20,156 bases of DNA, from assembly GCA_010015585.1 (NCBI GenBank), contig ML975172.1; one strand, written 5' to 3'. The notes below the pieces were generated by a model that saw only the letters and a program-made list of their open reading frames with translations, ran no database searches and was not told the origin of the DNA. The DNA comes from Eremomyces bilateralis CBS 781.70. Lineage: Eukaryota. Positions 1-10,410 of this stretch are shown here, piece by piece (within the stretch, counting starts at the first letter, position 1; every line of letters begins with the position of its first letter). Position numbers and translations under genes: made by a program.

Positions 1-1473
1 TGACTATTGACAACATTTCCCGAGTCGTGGTTCTGGAGTTGAGACGCCGAGTCGCAGTTGAGAAGATGGGTTTATTGACAAACTCCTCAGGCATTCAACT
101 GAAGATGAACTTGGAGCAGGAGTTCATAGTTACGACTTACGAGGAGTGACAAGGTCCTAGAGAACTCACGGACTTTCGCCCATTTCTCGCTTCCCAGCCT
201 CCCAAGTACCATCACGTGGCTGCACTTTGCAGTTCTACCTTAATTACTTCTGCACTCCTTCCCCATTAACTCCATACTCCTGCATAACTTGCTCATAACT
301 TCAGCATGGAACTTCCGCCCAACTTCTAGAAATGCACGTGATAATTTGGCACTTGCCTCCTGTATCGCTGATCGATCTCAAACTTGAGTTCTCCTTCACT
401 TCTTGCCTCTGGACTTCTGGAGGTGGTTTGTAGCACAATCATGCTTGGCGGAAAGAAGGAGCCCCGAAACTTGGAGGCCTGCATCCCAAAGCCACACTCA
501 GTTGAGACAGTCGTGTCGATAATTCTCATTTGTGAAGCTTAACTCTGCGACATCATTGTCATCTCGTCCAATCTTGGCAGAGAATATCATTCAACGATAG
601 CAACCAGTCTGACTAATCGACACGTGTGTCTTGGGAAATCCCAATAATAATTTGAAGCATGTTCTTCTACTCTGTGCAATATCAATTATTTTCTTGGTAC
701 CTTATCAACCCAGTTTTAGAGGTTAGTAAGAGGTCTCGCGTCGCACACGGTCATCTTCATCACAATAAGATTTTACGTGGGCACTAGAAGTGAGTTTACT
801 TCACAGATGAGGCTCATTTCAGAACGGAAGAACTATCAACTGAAGATGAATGAGTTTCGAGAGCTTCGTATTCACGATCGCCCCAACGAATTTATGGGAG
901 GCTCGGAAATCAGTGTTTAAGCTACTCTTCACGTCGCCAGCGGCATTTCGTATAACCACAAAGGCCCTCTCGTATTCTAGAACGATCATGATAATCCTAC
1001 AGCTCCTCGGCTATATATACCACGGACTTCGCGTCGGTCGAGCAACTGCGGAAAGGACAGATTCGTCCTAGCAATATTAGCCGTGCTGGCCTATGCAATT
1101 TCGGAAAGCTGGCTGGCACCGTGGCACGAACGTCTTGGACATCTGGAGGAGCAGTACATTAAAAGGCTGCGGAGGATATCAACATGAATCAGGCCGCTTC
1201 CAAACGCATTTACCTGCGTGTCCGGTATAAATTCCGATTTCAGAGAGAATCCACATAATCACCCATAATAAACGTGGAGAATGCTCACTTCCACCGCGTC
1301 TATCGCGAAGACTTTGCTGATCCCCTCCTTGGAGTATCCAACCCCCCCGCTAGCTCGACTTCCACGACGACTTCATGAGAAGCAAGACTAGGAGGCCATA
1401 GAAGCGTCTTGGGGGCGATATATCATGCATGTGTCTAGTGGAGTAGATTCTTGAACTCCAACCTGCCAGTCGA

Positions 1474-3171
1474 TCATAGAACATATCTAAAATATGGGTT
1501 CTCCTTGTCCGTCAGATCTTGGAATGCCAGATTTGCTCTTTCTTCTTCGCTACCTACTACGGCGTCTCTTTTCCTATTCTCGGACGAGAGAACGAAGTAT
1601 AGGGCAACGGAAGCAGCCATGCAGATGACGTAACTGGAATTGTTAGAAAGTGAGCGGTATATAGAAAAGGAAATTTTACCATATGATTAAGCCTGTCCAT
1701 AACTCTGGATAATGTTGTGACTTCGACTGCGACCGCACTAGTTGAGGTCCGATGATATTTCCTACACAGTAGGCAACGAAGATGGTGGCTGCTGTAAAGC
1801 TCTTCTTGGTATGGCCTGCCACGTTAGACATTCCGAGTACTATGGTGAGACTAGCGACGCCGCCAAAAGAGCCAGTGATAGAATAGCCGACCACAGGTGC
1901 TACTGCATGGTAAGTCCAGGAGCTTTTCCAGATTATTGCGCAGCCTGCGATGACGGGAAGACAGCAGAGTAGCAGCATGATGATTCGGATATTTGGAATC
2001 TTAGAGCCTAGGTAACCGGTGAGAAGGATGGTAATGAAAGCGAGGCCGCCTAGCGGGAATTGAAAGAGGATGGATTCTAGGGTGTCCCAGCCAAAAGTTG
2101 AAACAATCAGGGGTCCGAATCCACTGACAGCTCCGTTTACTGTGTATCTGATAGTGACATTAGATTTTTATTGAGATATATGAGTGGTCACTTACGCAGA
2201 TGCCATCATTATTGCTATAAGCCAAATTTTTAAGTCCATCACAGCTTCTTTCAGCTGTGACTTCTTAAACTTTATGCACCTCACACCAGTTTGGCCATAC
2301 CGCAGCCTTTCAACTGCTGCAAACCTCTCTTCTTTTGTCAAGAACCAAGCCGATACGGGAGAGCTTGGTATCAAAAAGCAGAATAATCCAAAAAAGAAAG
2401 TCAAGGATCCTGCAAGTAGATAAATGTACTGCCAGGAATGTAAACCACCAGTAGTGATCTGTGCAAACGCATAGTTCAACGCACCACCCAGTATCCCGAA
2501 AAGACCCGTACTGCTGATCCACCAACTCTGACGCATCGACTGCTCCGCTTGAGTATAGTAGCTAGATACAATGCACATGAACCCGGTTGGGATAACGCTC
2601 TCCACGAATCCAAGGAAAAACCGCTGAGCATACAGACCCTTGTATGTTGTGACAGCGGCTGTCACCATACAGACGCCTGCCCATAGAATAACCAAAAATC
2701 CGAGGACGCGGCCGACGTTGAAACGCTGCAGCGCGTAGCTCATAGGATATAAGCCCGCCAGCATTCCAAAGTAAAAGAGGGAAGTGGCCCAACTGAGTCG
2801 TGTGGTGTCGACCTTGGGCGGTGTAGTCGATTTGTCGACGAGACTCAGTTCAAGGTCAGTGGTCATGCCGAAGAGGACTGCGGAACCGAGGATCGCTTTA
2901 TCGTAGAAGACGAGGCCAACTGGGAGTTCATTAGCTATGGCTTCAGTCACTTTTCGAATGTTCGCTTGCATCCGAAGACCATGGCGGGAATTAAGAAAAG
3001 GTCGATCTTTCGCACTGCCCTGGCCATCACGACTGGATCAATGTTTCGTTCGACCTCTCCGACCATAGTGATTGCCACGTCCTTTTCAATATCGGCATGA
3101 TGGTCATCATAATCCTCCGGATATCGGACGGCATTTTGAGTGGTGGGAGGACCACCCTGGTGTTCTGTCAT
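1474..3171 (-). CDS. MFS transporter, anion:cation symporter (Dal5/allantoate permease-like) family; 4 exons: complement(join(1474..1633,1680..2147,2196..2919,2970..3171)), 517 aa
   Basis: Spliced translation gives family-typical motifs: VRKIDLFLIPAM, FYDKAILGSA, SLFYFGMLAGLYP, QRFFLGFVES, AWFLTKEER, NVAGHTKK, YCVGNIIGPQ and C-terminal FQDLTDKENPYFRYVL*. Introns 2920-2969 (GC..AG), 2148-2195 and 1634-1679 (GT..AG) keep frame; total 1554 nt. Substrate cannot be inferred. Confidence 0.95.
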
Positions 3172-3265
3172 TGCTAAAATCGTTGTTTCAAGTGAATTCG
3201 CAATCCTTCGACGGAGGCCCTTAAGTTGAAGCGCTGTTGACAGTAGGTACCGTACTATTGACGAA

Positions 3266-3440
3266 TATATAGGAAAGAAATTGACAATCCATAATAATCT
3301 TTTAAATGTGTGATATTTGCCGAGTATTGATGAAGTGAAGGCCGTACTAATGCAACCTTATGCAGCAAGCTTCACGTGTCGCAGAAATGAGGTTGATTAG
3401 GCGGGCGCCACGTTATGCGTCTCCTCCGGAAAATGAGTCA
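3266..3440 (-). promoter_or_regulatory. Putative promoter elements of the MFS gene: TATATA (3266-3271), TCACGTG E-box (3372-3378), TGAGTCA AP-1/Gcn4-type site (3434-3440)
   Basis: Exact consensus matches 95-270 nt upstream of the ATG at 3171. Motifs this short can occur by chance. Confidence 0.3.
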
Positions 3441-4325
3441 GGCGTAAACCTGTAAGCGGAATGTTTTTGAATAGATCTCGAGTATTCTCGATGTGTCGAT
3501 AGAGATGCTAGCAGCCTCTATCCGCTATCAGTATCAGATATCCCCTTTCTAGTAAGTAGTAGACGGGCAGATTTCAGTTTAAACCACATTTGGCCACTCC
3601 TTGCAAGCTTACAGGAAGAAACAATGCGAACAGTGACTCGGATGTTTTGGTCAGTGCGCGAATCCTTGTCGACCGTCAAACGAATCCTGCAGTAGTCTGC
3701 ACCACTCACCAGCGAAGGGGATGCGCGGATGGGAACACTACCCGTCCTAGGGCACCGGCTACCGGCCACTACTGTACGCCCCCCATGACCCTACATGGAC
3801 ACTTCCGCGATCAACGGTCGTGGGACAATGGGTCTCAGGCCCCAGACGGCCCTGGGGGCATTCCTCGACGCCTGGACGGGCGGTCCTAGGCGTGGGATTT
3901 GGGGGAGGGTGTGGGCAAGGGAGGCAAGAGTAGAAACGGCTGTTCTCTATAGAATTGTTAACTTTCTAGGAACTAGTTGTCTTGGTTGTAAATCATTCCT
4001 TAATCGAATCTGTTGTTTGACAGTGTCGATTGGGTGTCTGATGAACGAGCCCCATTTCAACGTGGCACCAATGATGAAAGCTGCCGTTAGATAATCCTGG
4101 ACTGGCCAGCCTTCCTCAGCCTTATCCCTGCACTTTAGTCTTTATACAGAGTCGTCCGCACGGTGATGAGATAATTTAAGCGTCCCCATTTTCGAGACTA
4201 GAGTCCTACGTTACGTTTACTGCGAGGAGAATATGAACGCATTGGTCAAGGCAGACAACGACTCTGCGTCCCTGACCAGCCTGTATATCCTCCTCATCGC
4301 CACATTCGTCGGACTTTGAATCATC

Positions 4326-5391
4326 ATGCCCAAGGGAAGTGTTCGTGGGGTTCTTTGGGATGCCAATGATGAGTTCAACCCAGCGGAAGCATGTGGTTGG
4401 GACTTTGAAAAGGTAATCTAGATATCTCTGAAGCTAAATTAGTGTTATTGACAAGAGATAGATTATAGCGTTCGGACAAAGCGTCTACGATTCGCCCGAG
4501 AAGTTCGGCATAGGCATTACGGACGGGCCAGATGATATAGCATTCAAGAATTATCTCAATCACTCGTGGCCGGTTGTCAAAAAGACACTGGAATGGAGAT
4601 GGGTGTTTTGCGCCGGAGATCCAGCCAAAGGGTCACCCGGGTGGATGTTCGTGGGATGGGATAAAATCCAACTGCCAGTATGCACGGTTTACGATTTCTA
4701 TGCATGGCTTCTCTCAATAGCGATTGTCCCAAGAGCCGCGGCCAACAGTCGGAACTTCTATCTTCCTCTTCTTGTCTGCTTTGGAAACTGGTGCTTCAAG
4801 ATCGCGGAAAATACTTCCGGCTTATGGATGCATTCTCCGTTCATGGTATCAATTGTACGATACCACTCCCTAGTCGAGCCTATAGTTCCTAGGGCATTCC
4901 TGGGAGTAACCATGCCAGACTCGAAGGCATTTGAAGAAGATCGTGACCGAACTCAATACGTGCATGCGATGCGACAGAACGACATCTACCGATATACGTC
5001 ACTTGTGCCGAATCCGAGGAATCCAGACAATAACCAACCTTTTGGGCGCTGTGCTGAGACATTCTTTTGGATGTTTGCTAAAAAGTAAGTCGAGTAGCAT
5101 TTATTACCTGCAAGATCGGCGAGATTCGATGCGCTAACTACATGTACTGTCATTAGCCCATCTGTTTGTAATTTGGAAAAATCCGTGTACGGAGTAGCAC
5201 TCCAGATACGAGAGGGCGAGTACTCGCTGATCCCAGTCGATGAATACCAAATGGGGAGGGAATTGAACGCTCTGAGAGATCCTTGCCGAAAGTCTTGTCA
5301 ATATCTGGCTGCACAAGTGAAGTCCTCCTGGGCTGGCGATGGCTGGCGGGAGAGCTTCGACATTAATCTTGCAATTGATCGCCAGTGGTAA
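4326..5391 (+). CDS. Uncharacterised fungal protein with putative Zn-dependent deaminase-fold signature; join(4326..4412,4462..5084,5157..5391), 314 aa
   Basis: Introns GTAATC..TAG (4413-4461) and GTAAGT..GCTAAC..TAG (5085-5156) join an upstream exon and ORFs 4603-5088 and 5173-5391 in frame (945 nt). The product contains FGRCAET (5041-5061) and LRDPCRKSCQYL (PC..C at 5281-5298). The gene model is well supported; the function is inferred. Confidence 0.8.
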
Positions 5392-5752
5392 AATCGAGGA
5401 CGGATGGTTTGAGCTGTGTCGTGTTGGGATGACGTTTGTGCACTCTCTTAAGACCCTCATGCGCTCTCTGACCCTACTTCACACCGTAAGGCCGTCCATG
5501 AGTATGTAGCGATGGCCAGTCTAATTAATCGTCACGGCCTAAATTTATACCTCTATTACCAGCGTTCCGGATCCTAAAACTACTATCGTTCAGCTCTAAA
5601 GAACTCTACAAAAGACTATTCGAATTAGTCCCCATTTGGCTGCCAATCCTTTCTAAAAAAAAGATCGAGATAGTGGTGTCCCGCAGCTACAAGTGCCAAA
5701 ACCTTTGTCAGATCAAACTCGATGTCCCAGTTCAAGTTGCGTTCGCCATAAA

Positions 5753-6439
5753 TCACTCCAAGACAGGGGTCTTTTCACGTTCGGGTTCGCTGTCCAAAAA
5801 CTCAAGCACAGGGCCATCATCTGCACATCTTTTCCAACTCTTTAATAACAAGCTCAGGCTTAATTGGCCATACTCCTCGTCCAGCCGGCGCGGAGAACTC
5901 GTGGGGTGAAGGATTTCTCCCTGCCGATGGTTGAAGCTCTCATTACCCAGGCGTGCAGCCTCATTCATAGCCTTTGCATGCCAGTGCTTGTACTGCTGAA
6001 AAGGGATTCCATCCAGAGAGGTTGTAAATGGTATGAGCCTGCCAGAACAAGAAAGGGGTTGGTTGGTTTTTCTTCAGCAGAGATGCATTCAATGACAGTG
6101 ACCAATTTCCATGTCATGGCACTTCCGATGATTGCATTTGCTTCAGGAAAAGCAGTTATAACCTTCTCAACCTTCCCCTGGCCAATCTGAAAGCCTGTCT
6201 CATCCATGTTGTAGACGTTGCATGGGCGGATGTGGTGGCTTTTGATGACACTCTCCCAGCGATCATAAAAAGCCTGCACTATCCATTGCAATATCTTCAG
6301 CCTGTATATGCTTAGGATCCATGGCGTAGTAAGGACCTACGCAATACTCGTGCAACGTGATATTTTTATTTTCACAGCGTCGGTACTTGGTGACAGCTGC
6401 AAGGATTCCACTCTCCTGATCATCTTCCTCAGGGGGCAT
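5753..6439 (-). mobile_element. Degenerate, internally deleted pogo/Fot1-type (Tc1-mariner superfamily) transposase relic
   Basis: Fragments in shifting frames: MPPEEDDQESGILAAVTKYRR (N-terminus, ATG 6439), NVYNMDETGFQIGQG (first catalytic D), KLVTVIECISA, LQPL/DGIPFQQYKHWH (third D, after a frameshift) and GVWPIKPELV. These are colinear with the element at 18476-20095. Element ends are not clearly identifiable. Confidence 0.9.
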
Positions 6440-7619
6440 GTTGGTGTTAAGATAATTAACTATTTGAGTGGAGTCTACAGATTTTGCGTTGTGTGGTTTG
6501 CGTTGACCTGTGGCGCACCCACCCTGGAGGGGGGAAGCCTGGCACGAGGCGTTCGCAGAATGCATTTTCGGTGTAGGGTGAGGCCAAACTCAACATTGTT
6601 TACAAATTTTCGAACCAACACATGAACTGTTGCTGAGGGGAGCGAGGTAAGCGTTGGGGACGGTCGCACTTGCCCAAAACATTTAGCTACGACGCCCAAG
6701 CAATCGACCGACTTGAAATGAATGGTTGTGCTGCAACCCTTGTCGCTTCGCCGTTCACTAGTCACCCCTCCAGCTCGCTTCACACTTCACTTCCATGATT
6801 CCAGCACTTTAGCTATCTGCCACATGAATCAAAGTTGGTCTGCTATGTGTCTATCAATTGTGCCACAGCGACACTAATTCTATAGGAAAAAGTATGATGG
6901 CTTCTCGAAGGATTATCCAACTGCTGGCACTTTTATCCGTTGGACTTTGCTGCAGCTTTGGGCGACACGTCGAGTGCAAAGTACTGTAATGGTACAACTT
7001 TAACTTTGCTGGTCTTACAAGTCGATTGACATATGTGGAGGTATTATTGGCCCAAGACATGGACAAGGTTGCGGGCTGTTTGGTGTTGAGAAGCACCTTG
7101 GCCTTTCCTGCTGACAATCGACTGCGCTTGGGGGACTTTGGAGATTAACTGTTGAACACATCTATAACTTCACAAATCAGCTGTTGCAAAACCGAAGGAC
7201 TGACCCCTAGGGAATCTGCATGGTCCTACGAGGCATGGAGTTTGGTAAGGTGTTTGAGCTTGGTCCGGAATAGAACTCGGACCGGTTCTTATAATTTAAG
7301 TCGTTCATCTAGATTCCGCAGACATGGATCTTCTTCTTGAGTGATTGATGTTTGAATCAACTGGAGCCATTCCAGGACACGGAGGCAAGTTGCAAGTTGC
7401 AAGTGATTGCAACAAAGTACTACCACTGGATAGTGGCTTTCGGAATAAATAATAATCCTATCCCCAGGTCGGATACGTACAGCCTTTCGTGGTTTTGCAC
7501 CATATTTATTCACTTCGCACTTGGCACTTCACTTAAGCAACATTGACTGGCAATTCATATTTCTGTAAAGCTACCTATCTAAACATTTAGATCTCTTAGC
7601 CGGATTATTTATTTAACCC

Positions 7620-9638
7620 CTACCTGTCCGAGAGATGGGTTGTCCGGATAATTCTTCTTTCCCTATTAGGAGTAGGAGGAGACACCATACGGGTTACCAC
7701 TCTATTCCTCGTACCTGAATCGCGTTCAGTCCGCAATTGGGGACTGCGTTCTCTCCTTACGTAGACTTGTTCCGGGCCATTGGAATACCTAGTTCTTCCA
7801 AACAAAACATCCCTCTCCCTTTCTCTTGTTCTCAGCGTTGTGAACCGCTGGTGACCCAGTATGTTCGCCACCGACTGTCCTTGTAACGCATCGACTCGGC
7901 CTCCATTCTGCATCGAAATCAGTCGAAATCCACACGCTGGTTGGGTGAACGAACCTGCTCTTTGATCTCCTCCAGCAGAGCGGTAATGTCGATCGTGTCT
8001 CCGGCGAGTGGCATTCTAAAAGGCGGCGGCAGTTCGTCGTCCTCAGATTCCTCATTCCCCTCAGACGAATTTGAGGAACTTCTTCCGTCATCAGTGTCTT
8101 CATCGTCCTTTGGTTTGGGCTTATCTTCTCCTTTTGAACCCTTTCCCTGGTTTTTCTTTTCACAATCCGGTTTTCTGGGTGGTTTGGAGGGGCCTGGTGC
8201 AGGCCGCCTGCGCTTCTCTTCTTGTATCAGAGCTGTGAGCCAAGTCAAGTTTGGCCGGATAGTGAATTGGGTTCTAAACTCAGGTTTCAGAAATGCGCCT
8301 TTGACATCGTTCGAACTTAGGAGAAGAAGTCGGTGTAGTCTTCCGTATCGTCGTTTTACCCTAACCTTCAACGGATGCAAGTGAACAAATCATCCGCCAT
8401 GATATGGGGAGAGTCGGAATCATACCTGAACACAGAAACGGAAGGTAAAGCAGGCTGACAAGGCTCTGAGAATGACCTCTACAAACCCTTTGGTCAGGGA
8501 AATCTGTCATGGCAGATGAAAAGTGGGAAATGAGAACATTCATTTACCATCGTGGGCGTCGGATGGGCTCCGAATCTTGCCAGTCACTTGCGATAGGATT
8601 TCCTGATAGGATTTCTTGAATGGACCATTGAGGGGAAAGTCCAGATATGGAAGGACACGCTTTGCAACTACATGAATCTTGAGGGTACGTTTCAGATCCG
8701 GTGTCAGCTGTTTGGTTTCTTCCTGGTTTCCTGCCCAAAACCACTGATACTGCGCTGGTCCATGGTTGCAGCCTCCGCGTTTTGACATCGGCGAACATCC
8801 ATCTTCATCGACCAGCCGATGAGCACTGACACTCCACGATTCTACGGCATATTGCACGTTTAACTCGGCGGAACGAGTTAGCCCAATCGAAACGTTCGCA
8901 GATGGCGTTGCGGACATCGTCAGTCCAGCTTGGGGGTTGACTGAGGTCGTCGTTTTCTTGGTCACGGTGAACGCGGCTGATGCGTCGGATTCTGGCGTCA
9001 TGACGAGTACCTCGTTGGATGAGTCACTGAAATATCGAAGGCAGATATCATGTGAGAATGGCTCATGGTTGTTTCTAATCTCAGTCAGCTTCACTCTCGC
9101 GGCAGAATGTTCATGATATTGACCGCTTCTGGGAATGGTATTGCAGAATCGTTGCCTCAATATTAAATCTCGCAGCAATGTGGATGTTCCCCCGAAGACG
9201 CTCAACCGTAATTGTAGGACTAAGAACAACGAATGAAATGTACGGCGCCTTATTGTTTGGACCAGCGAAATACTGATCCTTTAGATCGTCACAAAGCAAG
9301 GCAGGCACTCTGACCGCAGCGTCCAGGCTTGCAGTGTGCGCAACCAGCGTCTTAAGGAGGTCGCCAGGAACAGCCTTCAAGATTACAATGTATCCCGGGT
9401 CATTCTGTTGAGAATCAGCGGCGTTGTTCTAGACTAGGCCGGGCTCACGACACCAACCTCGTGCCATTTCCATGGCAGTCGAAACACATCTAAGGTTTCG
9501 GGACTGATGATATCGGCACGCATCTCGTATCTCAGATTAGTCCAGGTAGATAGTGGGATACCACAGCTGCGTTATGCTTACCTTGGCAAATGTCGGGCGG
9601 GATGCTCGGTCAGCATCGTTATCCCCTGATTCAGGCAT
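7620..9638 (-). CDS. Hypothetical protein, 7 exons: complement(join(7620..7907,7955..8365,8426..8478,8548..9074,9124..9404,9458..9523,9582..9638)), about 560 aa; N-terminal fungal RPT..PETL..LPW module, central beta-rich domain, charged low-complexity C-terminal half
   Basis: Six GT..AG introns of 47-69 nt join ORFs 9111-9380, 8540-9229, 7919-8380 and 7620-7913 into one open frame (1683 nt). The start codon is uncertain, and further upstream exons near 9680-9900 are possible. Confidence 0.72.
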
Positions 9639-10097
9639 ACTCTGGTAGGTGCGATACTCTTTGAGACCTTGTAAGCGTAACCTGAATGATACTTGTCGGT
9701 CAGAGGCCCAATAGCAATAGGTAAGCTGTTAACCACCGTCAGAAAAGCAAAGGCGACTCTTGTTCTTGTATCCAAAGGACATATGAAGCTAACAATAGGT
9801 GTGCAAGTATGAGTTGTTGAGGCTTGGCTCGCGTATTCATCAGGCTGTCGGCTACTGACACTTCATTGGGCGTTCATCTTCGAAGTTGATCGCCATGGTC
9901 ATCTTTGGGGAGTTTACAACCAGGAGGGGGACGGCGCACGCGCGATGCCCGACTACCAGGACATTTGAAACTTCAACGGTTGACGAGCTACGGTTAAATA
10001 CACATCCCTTCAAAAGGGACATCAATATTCCGCTACACTTACGGAGTGTACCGTTCCAAGTTCAACAACAGACAGACAGACCATCATGAATTTCAAG

Positions 10098-10105
10098 AAA
10101 AAAAA
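10098..10105 (-). terminator. RNA polymerase III terminator (T8) of tRNA-Phe
   Basis: Run of 8 T on the minus strand, 5 nt after the tRNA discriminator base. Confidence 0.85.
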
Positions 10106-10110
10106 GATCT

Positions 10111-10198
10111 TGGGGCAACCCGGGATCGAACCAGGGACCTTATGATACTCCAGAACCGAATCTTCAGTCACACACTCTCCCAACTGAGCTATTGCCCC
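10111..10198 (-). tRNA. tRNA-Phe (anticodon GAA) with a 15-nt intron at 10147-10161
   Basis: Minus strand reads GGGGCAA TA GCTC AGTTGGGA GAGT G TGTGA CT-GAA-G [ATTCGGTTCTGGAGT] A TCATA AGGTC CCTGG TTCGATC CCGGG TTGCCCC A. All four stems pair, A and B boxes are intact, and the intron lies at the canonical 37/38 position. Confidence 0.97.
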
Positions 10199-10410
10199 GA
10201 TCACATGATGTAATATCATGAACCGTCACTTGTCAACTTTTATACGAAATCCGATTTGATCCCGAGTATTACCAAACGAACTCTTTATCTTCTCCCGTTC
10301 CTTAGTAGCACTGGATGCTCAAAAATATAGTTGTTCGTATTTGTACCATCGTTAAAATCCAATTGAGAAACGAGATAAGCCTTTGCAGCAGCCAACGTAG
10401 CAAGCGAACG

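Noticed and set aside
1..660. Coding-like minus-strand fragments (ORF 326-529; IQEASAKLSRAFLEVGRKFHAEVMSKLCR in another frame)
   Set aside because: Interrupted by stops in all frames with no recognisable motif or coherent splice model. It may be a decayed gene but cannot be supported.
3518..4094. Overlapping 83-99 aa ORFs on both strands
   Set aside because: Expected by chance in a GC-rich patch; no protein-like motifs.
6500..6530. Weak similarity of the sequence upstream of the first pogo relic (CCTCCAGGGTGGGTGCGCCAC, minus strand) to subterminal 18401-18422
   Set aside because: Too short and gapped to call a TIR; no TA-bounded end or partner found.
6475..7550. Possible pseudogene on the minus strand (ORFs 7289-7513, 6854-7117, 6475-6783); checked for a second deaminase-type HxE/CxxC motif
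   Set aside because: No such motif found, many stops and no family recognisable.
7941..8384. 147-aa Ser/Gly/Phe-rich plus-strand ORF, and similar antisense ORFs over the GTPase, P450 and transposases
   Set aside because: Antisense shadows of supported minus-strand genes.
10022..10219. 65-aa ORF spanning the tRNA
   Set aside because: Fully explained by the tRNA-Phe gene.
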